Shown: positions 55,767 through 64,000 of the stretch, in pieces
How the letters are laid out: each line of letters starts with the position of its first letter
How positions within the stretch are numbered: the first letter of the stretch is position 1
NCBI GenBank assembly: GCA_964497535.1
Contig: CAZCCG010000004.1
Location: 15,218-79,217 of the forward strand
DNA length: 64,000 nt
Direction of reading: 5' to 3'
DNA from: an uncultured Gammaproteobacteria bacterium
GTDB lineage: Bacteria; Patescibacteriota; Microgenomatia; Levybacterales; UBA12049
Position numbers and translations under genes: made by a program
The notes under the pieces: model-generated
What the model saw: the letters and a program-made list of their open reading frames with translations, nothing else
What the model was told of the DNA's origin: nothing
Database searches by the model: none

Positions 55767-57243
55767 ATTGGTTCAATACGGAGTTTACTCCTTGAGCAAG
55801 AGTTGCAACTACAGTCTGCACTGAAGAATTACTCAGCAATGAGTTAATAGCATTTTCCATATATCCATTGAGGACAGCATTAAAGCTATCTTCCGCCTTT
55901 GCATTTACCTGAATAAAAGGAGAAGAAACAGCAGTAGCCGCCTGACTTACAAAAGGTGCTACAAGTGGATTGTCTTTCACGCTGGCCGCTAAATCAGTCC
56001 GGGCATACGGCTCGCCAAATAAGCGGGTTTTTGATTCTTCCGCGAATAATTTCTGCTCTGTTTCTTTCTGAGTAAGATATTTCATGAAAAGTAAGGCTTC
56101 CTTTTGATGTTTGCTTTTTGCAGATACCCCCTCTACCCAATAGCTGGCTATTGTCATGTCGCGTCCCGGTAAATGAGGCACCGGATATACTCCGAAATTC
56201 AAGTTGGGATTCATACTTTTTATCGTAAATATATCCCATGAGTATCCTAAGTACATTGCAAGATTCCCTTTGGAAAACGCAATAATAGATTCATCAAGTG
56301 TATCATTCCAAACGTTATTTGAACTTTTTGCAAAACCCGTATAATACTCAAATGCTTTTTGAGCATTGGCAGATGTAGCGGTAAAATCGGTAAATTTTGC
56401 TCCGGATTGCGCTAGAAATAAGGAAATAATATCAGGTGCATGGGTAATGTTGCTATAAGTACCCAGTGCAGCACCGGCTGTTTTTATTTTACCATCACTA
56501 TCTTTTACTGTCATTTCCTGTGCAGCTCGTGTAAAATCATTCCAATCAGTTGGAACTTGTCTTCCGCTTGCCTTGAGAATATCCTCATTAACAAAAAGTG
56601 CCAGATTATCAATTTCAATAGGAATTCCATAAATCGCGCCATTTTTTACAAGATCGGAATATGCAACAGGATAGAAATTTGTTTTGAACTCTGCTGGCGT
56701 AATCACGTCCGATGACATGGGAAGTAAAATCCCGGATAGTGGCAAAACCCAGGTATTATGGAAACGGAAAATATCAGGACCGGTACCGTTTTTAACCCGG
56801 GTAAGAAGGCGCTGCTGATATTGATCACTATCCTGCTGTACATACTCTATCGTAATAGTAGGATATTTATGCCCAAAGTCTGAAATAATACTCTGCATTG
56901 TATTTTTATCTTCCCATAACCCCCAATAGGTAAGTGTTACCTTTTCAGGTTTTTTATTGAAGAATGAAGAAACCCCAGAGATTATTAAAAAAAGTAATCC
57001 ACCCGCAATCAACACAGCAACTATTCCTATCAATAGTTTTTTTATTGGAAATGATGAAGGAGGAGATGGTGGAGGCATTGACGGCGGAGGTGATGACACA
57101 ACAGGAGGAGATGGTGGCACAGCCGCAGCTTCTTGAGGCTGTCTACTATCAGGCTCTGGCTGCAGTTGTACCGGTGGTGTACTGGTTGAAGCCGCACTCG
57201 GTGCAGCTTGCTGATTTTTTGAGGGATATAAATTATCATCCAT
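55756..57243 (-). CDS. ABC transporter substrate-binding protein (family 1, sugar-type) with a Pro-rich N-terminal region and a TM anchor
   Basis: SBP_bac_1-like body. I chose the ATG at 57243, because the track ORF start at 57285 would overlap the divergent vanW-like gene. Confidence 0.7.
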   Translation of the reverse strand: MDDNLYPSKNQQAAPSAASTSTPPVQLQPEPDSRQPQEAAAVPPSPPVVSSPPPSMPPPSPPSSFPIKKLLIGIVAVLIAGGLLFLIISGVSSFFNKKPEKVTLTYWGLWEDKNTMQSIISDFGHKYPTITIEYVQQDSDQYQQRLLTRVKNGTGPDIFRFHNTWVLPLSGILLPMSSDVITPAEFKTNFYPVAYSDLVKNGAIYGIPIEIDNLALFVNEDILKASGRQVPTDWNDFTRAAQEMTVKDSDGKIKTAGAALGTYSNITHAPDIISLFLAQSGAKFTDFTATSANAQKAFEYYTGFAKSSNNVWNDTLDESIIAFSKGNLAMYLGYSWDIFTIKSMNPNLNFGVYPVPHLPGRDMTIASYWVEGVSAKSKHQKEALLFMKYLTQKETEQKLFAEESKTRLFGEPYARTDLAASVKDNPLVAPFVSQAATAVSSPFIQVNAKAEDSFNAVLNGYMENAINSLLSNSSVQTVVATLAQGVNSVLNQYGR

Positions 57244-57269
57244 AGCTAATACTACATTTATAGTATAAT

Positions 57270-58706
57270 ATGAGCGAAGAATCAATGAAACAAGTTATTT
57301 TTATCCACAAGAAATACATTGCCCCAAAATTACGAGTATTTTTTTGGTTTTCCACCGGAGCACTTCTTGGACTCTTTTTTTTGGTAAGTTTTGCTTTTAT
57401 TTATTTCGAAAAGACATACTCCAATCAAATCTATCCTGGTATTATGGTCAACGGAACAAACTTTGGCGGGAAAACAAAAGATGCTGTTGAAACATTTTAT
57501 GCTAAAAAAAATAAATCAATTGAAAACACAAAATTTGTATTTCAAATTATGGACAGCCAAGCTTCAATTTCGGCTAAAGACTTAAAATTGGGATATGACG
57601 AAAAGCTTTTAGCAAATCAGGCTTACAGTATTGGCCGTTCGGATAATGCATTTTCCAACATCAGCTTGATTATGCAAGCGTATCTGAATGGTCTTAATCT
57701 TCCTCCTTCTTATAAATACTCTCAAAATGCATTGGATACAGTATTGTTACCCCTCAAAAAAGACCTGACAGTTGCTCCTGTGGATGCTCTTTTTACATTT
57801 GAAAATGGAAAAGTGACAGCATTTCGACCTTCGTCAAACGGACAAGAACCAGACATACAATCTGTACAAACAAAAATCTCATCCCTGATACCTACTTTGT
57901 TTTATGAAAGGAACCCTCAATTGGTTAAGCTTACCATTCCTATCAAAGATGTAAAACCTTCAGTATCAACAGATGAAGTAAATTCATTTGGTATCCGAGA
58001 ACTCATTGGAACCGGAACATCTCTTTTTCAAGGTTCATCTGATACTCGAATTTTCAATGTTACCCTCGCATCCAGTAAAGTAAATGGGGTATTAATCCCA
58101 CCCAACGAAACATTTTCATTTAATAAGGTCTTAGGAGATATCTCATCGTTCACGGGATTTAAGCAAGCATATGTTATAGAGAATGGTAAAACAGTACTGG
58201 GTGACGGTGGAGGAGTATGCCAAGTATCAACCACGCTCTTTCGTGCAGTTTTAGATGCAGGGCTTCCTATTGTCGAACGCCATGCCCATGCGTATAGGGT
58301 ACATTACTATGAGGAAGACTCACCACCCGGTATTGATGCTACTATTTATATACCAGGTGTAGATTTCAAATTCAAAAATGATACTGGACATTCAATCCTG
58401 GTTCAAAGTGTTGTTGATCCACAAACACTTCGATTAACATTTTATTTGTATGGAACAAAAGATAATCGTGAAATCAGTATGAGCCAGCCGGTTATAACTT
58501 CACAAACCCCTGCTCCGGAGCCAAGTTACCAGGATGATCCTACTCTTCCAAAAGGAACAGTCAAGCAAGTTGACTTTGCTGCAGCAGGAGCAACTATTTA
58601 TTTCACTCGTACGGTAAAAAAGAATGGAAAAACAATTATTACCGATCGTTTCGATTCAAATTTCAAACCTTGGCAAGCAGTATTTTTACGCGGCACAAAA
58701 GAATAA
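57270..58706 (+). CDS. VanW-family protein, membrane-anchored
   Basis: 'GGGVCQVSTTLFRAVLDAGLPIVERHAH' is the VanW-domain core. Confidence 0.8.
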   Translation: MSEESMKQVIFIHKKYIAPKLRVFFWFSTGALLGLFFLVSFAFIYFEKTYSNQIYPGIMVNGTNFGGKTKDAVETFYAKKNKSIENTKFVFQIMDSQASISAKDLKLGYDEKLLANQAYSIGRSDNAFSNISLIMQAYLNGLNLPPSYKYSQNALDTVLLPLKKDLTVAPVDALFTFENGKVTAFRPSSNGQEPDIQSVQTKISSLIPTLFYERNPQLVKLTIPIKDVKPSVSTDEVNSFGIRELIGTGTSLFQGSSDTRIFNVTLASSKVNGVLIPPNETFSFNKVLGDISSFTGFKQAYVIENGKTVLGDGGGVCQVSTTLFRAVLDAGLPIVERHAHAYRVHYYEEDSPPGIDATIYIPGVDFKFKNDTGHSILVQSVVDPQTLRLTFYLYGTKDNREISMSQPVITSQTPAPEPSYQDDPTLPKGTVKQVDFAAAGATIYFTRTVKKNGKTIITDRFDSNFKPWQAVFLRGTKE

Positions 58707-58730
58707 GATAACTGAAACTTTAAGACCCGT

Positions 58731-59213
58731 ATGAGGAAACAACTCTATCTGGAAGAAGCTATATTGGTAAGTAAGAAGTTACATGATCAGGGGAAAAAAA
58801 TTGTTTTAGCAGGCGGTGTTTTTGATATTTTGCATGCTGGTCATATTGCGTTTCTTCAAAAGAGCAAAGAGGCTGCAGATATTCTTTTTGTTATGGTTGA
58901 AAATGACCAAACAGTACAACGAATAAAAGGTCCAAATCGCCCCATAAATACACAGAAGCAACGAGCAAGCATTGTTGCATCACTTCCGTCGGTTGATTTT
59001 GTAATACTATTGCCACCTTTAACTAAACATGACGAGTATGATTCACTTGTACAACATTTGAAACCTGATATAATAGCCACAACCGCCCCCGATTCACATC
59101 GGGTTCATAAAGAACGCCAAGCACAAAAATATAATGCGCGCGTTGTTGATGTGCTGAATCGGATCGGTACCATCTCAACAACACAACTTATTGCATCAAC
59201 GCATAAAAAATAA
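58731..59213 (+). CDS. Cytidylyltransferase-family nucleotidyltransferase (RfaE domain II / GlpC-like)
   Basis: 'GGVFDILHAGHIAFL' (HxGH) and an 'RIKGPNRPIN' block resembling ADP-heptose synthase domain II. Confidence 0.6.
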   Translation: MRKQLYLEEAILVSKKLHDQGKKIVLAGGVFDILHAGHIAFLQKSKEAADILFVMVENDQTVQRIKGPNRPINTQKQRASIVASLPSVDFVILLPPLTKHDEYDSLVQHLKPDIIATTAPDSHRVHKERQAQKYNARVVDVLNRIGTISTTQLIASTHKK

Positions 59214-59215
59214 TT

Positions 59216-59677
59216 ATGAAAAAAGTTCTACTGGGATTGGCACTATTATTGTTATTATTTATAATCGGCCTATTTATTATACTCAATAAATCTCAATTTA
59301 CTCCAAATACGCCTACTGCAAAAATAGGGGCTGCTACTTTTTCTCTGCTTATTGCGCGCCAAGAACCAGAAAGACAATTGGGGCTCTCAGGCCGGCCAAA
59401 TCTGCCACAGGATCAAGGAATGATTTTCCTTTTTGATAATCCCGATTATTACTCATTTTGGATGAGAGATATGAAATTTCCCATTGATATTATTTATATC
59501 CGTGATGGGCAAATTGTTACCATATTTCCCAATGTTATGCCTCCCCGATCACCTCAAGATACTCTTCCTATTTACAAACCTATGGCACCGGCCGATCAAG
59601 TACTGGAAATCAATGCCGGCCTCTCACGAAAATACGGCTTTAAACCAGGAGATACCGTAACTATTAAGAATCTCTAA
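59216..59677 (+). CDS. DUF192 domain protein
   Basis: 'GLSGRPNLPQDQGMIFLF....FWMRDMKFPIDIIYI' is typical of DUF192. Confidence 0.7.
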   Translation: MKKVLLGLALLLLLFIIGLFIILNKSQFTPNTPTAKIGAATFSLLIARQEPERQLGLSGRPNLPQDQGMIFLFDNPDYYSFWMRDMKFPIDIIYIRDGQIVTIFPNVMPPRSPQDTLPIYKPMAPADQVLEINAGLSRKYGFKPGDTVTIKNL

Positions 59678-59679
59678 TC

Positions 59680-60777
59680 ATGAAAATACTTGGTATTGAA
59701 ACCTCGTGTGACGAAACAGCTGCTGCAATTGTAGAGAGAAAAGATAACAATCTCCCTCTTACAATCCTTTCAAGCGTTTTATCGACCTCTCTCAATCTGC
59801 ACGCAAAAACAGGAGGTATAATTCCTGAGGTTGCGGCACGTCAACAACTCAACTATATTCTCCCGGTACTAGAAAATGTTTTGCAAACCGCCAAAATCAA
59901 GCCACAAGAATTGGACGCGATTGCAGTAACGTATGGACCGGGGTTGATTGGCTCACTCTTGGTGGGAGTAGAAACCGCAAAAACACTTTCCTATATTTGG
60001 AAAAAACCGCTTATTCCGGTAAATCACCTCTATGGACATATCTATGCAAATTGGATTTCACCCACACTGACAGAACAAATATCCTTTCCCGCTATTGCCC
60101 TGATTATTTCAGGTGGACATACAGATCTGGTATATATGGAAAGCCATGGAACACTGAAATGGATTGGGGGAACAAGAGATGATGCGGCAGGAGAATGCTT
60201 TGACAAATGCGCCAGACTTTTGGGGTATGATTATCCCGGTGGGCCTAAGATATCGCGACTGGCCATCTTTGGTAAACCGAATGCATTTTTACTTCCGAGA
60301 CCCATGATTGACAAAAGTGATTTTGACTTCTCGTTTTCTGGATTAAAAACTGCCTTTATGAGACTGGTCTATGACCATTTTCCGGTCAAAAATACATCCC
60401 CACATTCAGATAAATACCACTGGCAACACATAATATTAGAAAAAAACATGTCCGAATCTCAAAAACAAACCCTATATAATATTTGTGCATCATTAGAACA
60501 GGCCATTATCGATGTCCTCATCAAAAAAACAATGACAGCTGCTGAAAAATACAACGTAAAGAGCATACTTGTGGGTGGTGGTGTAGCCTCGAATAAAAAT
60601 TTGAGGACTCAATTAGAACTAAACGCTAAACGCTTACAACTAAACGCTGCCCTATTTGTTCCACCACCTCATCTGTGTACCGATAACGGTGCTATGATCG
60701 CGTCTGCGGCTCTCTTTCATTATCATCCTCATGACTTTGAAAATGTAACAGCAAATCCACAACTTTACTTTGACTAA
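59680..60777 (+). CDS. tsaD: tRNA N6-adenosine threonylcarbamoyltransferase TsaD (Kae1/Gcp)
   Basis: 'MKILGIETSCDETAAAIV' and a conserved His pair 'HLYGH'. It contains repeat copy C in frame. Confidence 0.9.
   Translation: MKILGIETSCDETAAAIVERKDNNLPLTILSSVLSTSLNLHAKTGGIIPEVAARQQLNYILPVLENVLQTAKIKPQELDAIAVTYGPGLIGSLLVGVETAKTLSYIWKKPLIPVNHLYGHIYANWISPTLTEQISFPAIALIISGGHTDLVYMESHGTLKWIGGTRDDAAGECFDKCARLLGYDYPGGPKISRLAIFGKPNAFLLPRPMIDKSDFDFSFSGLKTAFMRLVYDHFPVKNTSPHSDKYHWQHIILEKNMSESQKQTLYNICASLEQAIIDVLIKKTMTAAEKYNVKSILVGGGVASNKNLRTQLELNAKRLQLNAALFVPPPHLCTDNGAMIASAALFHYHPHDFENVTANPQLYFD
60616..60649. repeat. Copy C of the dispersed ACGCT-unit repeat, in-frame inside tsaD (encodes LELNAKRLQLNAA)
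   Basis: 'gaactaaacgctaaacgcttacaactaaacgctg', about 94% identical to copy B. Confidence 0.55.
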
Positions 60778-60867
60778 CGATATTACTCTTGACATCAATT
60801 GGACTGTATCAATAATTCAAAAAGAGAATTACATCTTTAACTAAGAAAGCAATGGTATAATAACCAT

Positions 60868-61884
60868 ATGCAAAGTGAACTGCTCATTATCGCTGTCGTT
60901 CTTATTGTTGGATTTGTAATCCTCTTCTATCTTCTGAATAAAAAGATTTCCGATTTAAGCAAACCCAAAGATGATGGTGTACTCTTGGAATGGCTCAAAA
61001 GTATGCAGGTATCAATAGATACTACTCAAAAAACTCTCAATGAGGCCATGCGAACTAATTCTACAGACATGGCAAAGGTTTTACAGGAAAATTCAAAGCA
61101 ACTCAATGAGCGTTTGGATAAAGCGGCTGCAGTCATTCGGGATGTTGGAAAAGAAGTAGGACACATGAGTGAAATCGGAAGAAGCATGAAAGAACTCCAG
61201 GATTTTCTTAAAAGCCCCAAGCTTCGAGGCAATATTGGAGAACAAGTATTAAAAGATCTCATTTCCCAAATGTTTCCAAAAAATAGCTTTCATCTCCAAT
61301 ATCTTTTTAAAAATGGCGAGCGGGTTGATGCGGCAATCCAAACAGATGCGGGCATTCTGCCTATCGATTCTAAATTCCCCATGGAGAACTTTCAACGTAT
61401 GATGAAATCTCAATCAAACCCCCAGGAGTATTCTGCCATACAGAAAGATTTTACGAGGGATGTAAAGAAACATATTGACGCGATTTCAAAAAAATATATC
61501 CTCCCTGATGAAGGAACTATGGATTTTGCACTCATGTATGTACCAAGCGAATCAGTATATTATGAAGTAGTAAATGATATGACACTAATGGAATATGCAC
61601 GAAGATCGAGAGTGTATATTGTGTCTCCTTCGACATTATATGTCCATTTACAAACAATACTTTTATCTTTTGAAGGAAAAAAAATCGAATCGAAATCAAA
61701 GGAAGTTTTTAAGACTCTGCGCGCAATACAGATTGATTATGAAAAAATACAGGACAATTTGGGAATACTGGGCAGGCATTTAAATAATGCATCCTCACAA
61801 CTCCAACAAGTAACAGGAGGATTTGTACAACTCGGGCAAAAAATAAATTCCACAAAATCTCTGGAAGAAAAGATGCTCCCTTAA
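60868..61884 (+). CDS. rmuC: DNA recombination protein RmuC
   Basis: N-terminal TM and coiled coil, then a RmuC nuclease-like domain ('ILPIDSKFP'). Confidence 0.8.
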   Translation: MQSELLIIAVVLIVGFVILFYLLNKKISDLSKPKDDGVLLEWLKSMQVSIDTTQKTLNEAMRTNSTDMAKVLQENSKQLNERLDKAAAVIRDVGKEVGHMSEIGRSMKELQDFLKSPKLRGNIGEQVLKDLISQMFPKNSFHLQYLFKNGERVDAAIQTDAGILPIDSKFPMENFQRMMKSQSNPQEYSAIQKDFTRDVKKHIDAISKKYILPDEGTMDFALMYVPSESVYYEVVNDMTLMEYARRSRVYIVSPSTLYVHLQTILLSFEGKKIESKSKEVFKTLRAIQIDYEKIQDNLGILGRHLNNASSQLQQVTGGFVQLGQKINSTKSLEEKMLP

Positions 61885-61962
61885 TAGTTTCATTGAAAAC
61901 TATTTCCAGATATGCTACGGTAAATAGAGAGATAAAATATTGAAACTAAAGGAGGTGAATGA

Positions 61963-62385
61963 ATGAGTAATAAAATAATTATTGCACTGGTCGTTTTGAT
62001 TGTTGTGGTAGGAGGAATACTTCTCTTAGTAACCGGGCAAAAGAAATCTTCATCCGAGATGACGAGTTCAAACCCGTCACAACAAACGAATCCAGCCAAT
62101 AGTCCGCAAAATCAACAAAACGCTACAGTAACTCTTACCAATTCTGGTTTTGATCCTGCTACTCTTACCGTAAAGCCTGGTACTCGAGTCATATGGGTAA
62201 ATAAAATGGGGGAGGCAGCTACTGTAAATTCAGCTGAATATCCGAATAATTTGGCATATCCGCCATTAAATTTAGGCGAATTTAATACCGGATCATCAGT
62301 ACAACTTGTATTCGATAAACCAGGTACTTACAAGTACTACGATTATAAACACCGAACAAATACCGGTGTTATTATAGTCAAATAG
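61963..62385 (+). CDS. Secreted cupredoxin-like-fold protein lacking copper ligands, hypothetical
   Basis: Signal anchor followed by beta-rich 'TVTLTNSGFDPATLTVKPGTRVIWVNK'. There is no Cys or Met ligand set. Confidence 0.4.
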   Translation: MSNKIIIALVVLIVVVGGILLLVTGQKKSSSEMTSSNPSQQTNPANSPQNQQNATVTLTNSGFDPATLTVKPGTRVIWVNKMGEAATVNSAEYPNNLAYPPLNLGEFNTGSSVQLVFDKPGTYKYYDYKHRTNTGVIIVK

Positions 62386-62442
62386 ACGAATTAAGATACT
62401 GGAGATCGATATTTTTCATAGCTTTTTAAGAGGCATTTGTTT

Positions 62443-62470
62443 TTGTACCTACGCCATTATATGGTAAAAT
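62443..62470 (+). promoter_or_regulatory. Promoter TTGTAC, 16-nt spacer, TGgTAAAAT (extended -10), ending 6 nt before the ATG; a leaderless transcript is predicted
   Basis: Seen in sequence. The -10 is the same element as the one upstream of secA. Confidence 0.45.
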
Positions 62471-62476
62471 AAATGT

Positions 62477-64000
62477 ATGGCAGACTCCCCTCTTTTGAAT
62501 CCCAATCAAATAACTGCAATTGAGCATACTCAAGGACCGCTTCTTATTATTGCTGGTGCAGGTACCGGCAAGACAACCGTTGTAACAGAGCGGATCAAAC
62601 ATCTCATTCTCAAAAAAAATGTCCTCCCCTCTCAAATTTTAGCATTAACTTTTACTGAGAAAGCTGCACAAGAAATGGAAGAACGTATAGATATGGCAAT
62701 GCCATATGGCTATAGCCAAATGTGGATTCTTACCTTTCATGCTTTTTGTGACAGGATTTTACGGAATGAAGCCGTACATCTGGGACTCACTCCCTCTTAC
62801 CGGCTCATGACTGAATCCCAAAGTATCCTTTTCCTGCGTAAAAATTTATTTAAGTTTGAATTGGATTATTTCAGACCATTGGGAAATCCCCATAAGTTTT
62901 TGGAGGGAATGCTTCAACATTTCTCAAGACTTTCCGACGAAGATATAAGTCCCCAGGATTATCTGAAATACGCACAGGAAATTTCAAAGGGTGCTCATGA
63001 TGCTAATTCATCTCTTAAACCATCAGCTGATAGCATGGAAATCAAAAAAACTGTTGAACTTGCAAAAGCGTTTGCGATGTATGAAACGTTAAAAGCAGAA
63101 GCGGGAGTTATGGATTTCTCAAACCTCATTACAAATACACTTGCATTATTTCGAGAACGTCCCAATATATTAGCCAACTATCAAAAGCAATTTGAATATA
63201 TCTTAGTCGATGAATTTCAGGATACCAATTATGCCCAGAATATGTTGGCCATTTCACTGGCAGGAGATAAAAAAAATATTGCTGTTGTGGGAGACGACGA
63301 CCAAGCAATTTATCGATGGCGCGGAGCAGCTTTATCCAATATGCTTCAATTCACTTCCCATTTTCAAGATGCAAAGATTGTAACCCTAACCCAAAATTAT
63401 CGTTCCACTCAAGAAATTTTAGATAAATCCTATCAACTTATCTCTTTTAATAACCCTGATAGACTTGAAGTTCAGCAGCACATTGATAAGAAGCTTATTG
63501 CAGAAAGAAAAACCAAACAATACCCGATTGAACTGCTGTACGAAGAACGAGTTGAAGATGAGGCAGAATGTGTTACTAAAAAAATTGAAGAACTAATGCA
63601 AAAAGAGCACTATACCTATAGAGATTTTGCTATTTTAATCCGCGCCAATGATCATGCTCAACCATTTGTAAGATCATTACAACGTAGTAATATCCCCTTT
63701 CAATTTCTGGGTCCTGGTCGGCTTTTTCGGCAAGAAGAAATAAAAGACCTTATTGCGTACTTAAAAGTTTTATATGACTTTGGGGATTCTTTGTCTTTGT
63801 ATCGTCTTCTCTCCCTACCTATATTTGATATTTCTGCCCGCGATATTGCAGCCCTTATGATCGTAGCCCGCAAAAAAAATCTTTCTTTATTCGAAGCTCT
63901 GGAAAAAGCATCAGAAGAACCTGGAGATCAAAAAGAATTTCTCTCAAATGAACAAACAAGAGAAAAAATTATAACAATTTTAGAAATGCTTAGACGACAT
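62477..64000 (+). CDS. UvrD/PcrA/Rep-family ATP-dependent DNA helicase, 3'-partial (runs off the window)
   Basis: Walker A 'AGAGTGKTT', 'LVDEFQDTN' (motif II) and 'VGDDDQAIYRWRGA' (motif III). The frame is open to 64000. Confidence 0.9.
   Translation, partial: MADSPLLNPNQITAIEHTQGPLLIIAGAGTGKTTVVTERIKHLILKKNVLPSQILALTFTEKAAQEMEERIDMAMPYGYSQMWILTFHAFCDRILRNEAVHLGLTPSYRLMTESQSILFLRKNLFKFELDYFRPLGNPHKFLEGMLQHFSRLSDEDISPQDYLKYAQEISKGAHDANSSLKPSADSMEIKKTVELAKAFAMYETLKAEAGVMDFSNLITNTLALFRERPNILANYQKQFEYILVDEFQDTNYAQNMLAISLAGDKKNIAVVGDDDQAIYRWRGAALSNMLQFTSHFQDAKIVTLTQNYRSTQEILDKSYQLISFNNPDRLEVQQHIDKKLIAERKTKQYPIELLYEERVEDEAECVTKKIEELMQKEHYTYRDFAILIRANDHAQPFVRSLQRSNIPFQFLGPGRLFRQEEIKDLIAYLKVLYDFGDSLSLYRLLSLPIFDISARDIAALMIVARKKNLSLFEALEKASEEPGDQKEFLSNEQTREKIITILEMLRRH

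Noticed and set aside
1-64000. Stop-codon reassignment (UGA = Gly, as in some CPR lineages)
   Set aside because: Several well-supported genes, such as rrf2 and tsaC, terminate at TGA exactly where homology ends, with ATGA coupling to the next gene. The standard code 11 therefore fits.
1-64000. CRISPR arrays, tRNA or rRNA genes, transposases, integrases and prophage genes
   Set aside because: I saw no regularly spaced direct repeats, no tRNA-like T-arm or anticodon-arm candidates, and no recombinase-like ORFs. The only repeats are the ACGCT-unit family and the short motifs in the GC-rich island.

Overview
This 64-kb window looks like a compact, low-GC bacterial chromosome segment. Roughly two thirds of the genes are on the minus strand, and many overlap by 4 bp (ATGA), which implies long operons. 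Every coding region I can support is a housekeeping, envelope or glycan-biosynthesis gene. They include secDF, secA, a suf Fe-S operon, a two-subunit 2-oxoacid:ferredoxin oxidoreductase, t6A tRNA-modification genes, an FtsEX plus murein-hydrolase block, tRNA synthetases, RF2, GreA and aspartate kinase. I saw no rRNA, tRNA, CRISPR array, transposase, integrase or phage gene. Class I LysRS, a short SufD, a half-length TsaB, many small proteins, a gram-positive-like envelope toolkit and a large glycosylation island all point to a reduced-genome lineage such as CPR/Patescibacteria. That assignment is inference only. The strongest anomaly is a ~1.9-kb island of ~55-60% GC at about 13.3-15.2 kb, sitting in ~36% GC background. 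It holds a highly structured non-coding stretch with duplicated modules, an AT-rich DinB-like gene, and a GC3-rich 106-aa membrane ORF with a perfect Shine-Dalgarno. I could not assign it to RNase P, tmRNA, SRP, a group I/II intron or any riboswitch I know. Other points are a ~33-nt dispersed repeat built of (A)ACGCT units that sits in-frame inside tsaD and at the secF 3' end, several leaderless promoters, and two small genes missing from the ORF track. All coordinates come from manual counting and may be off by 1-2 nt.
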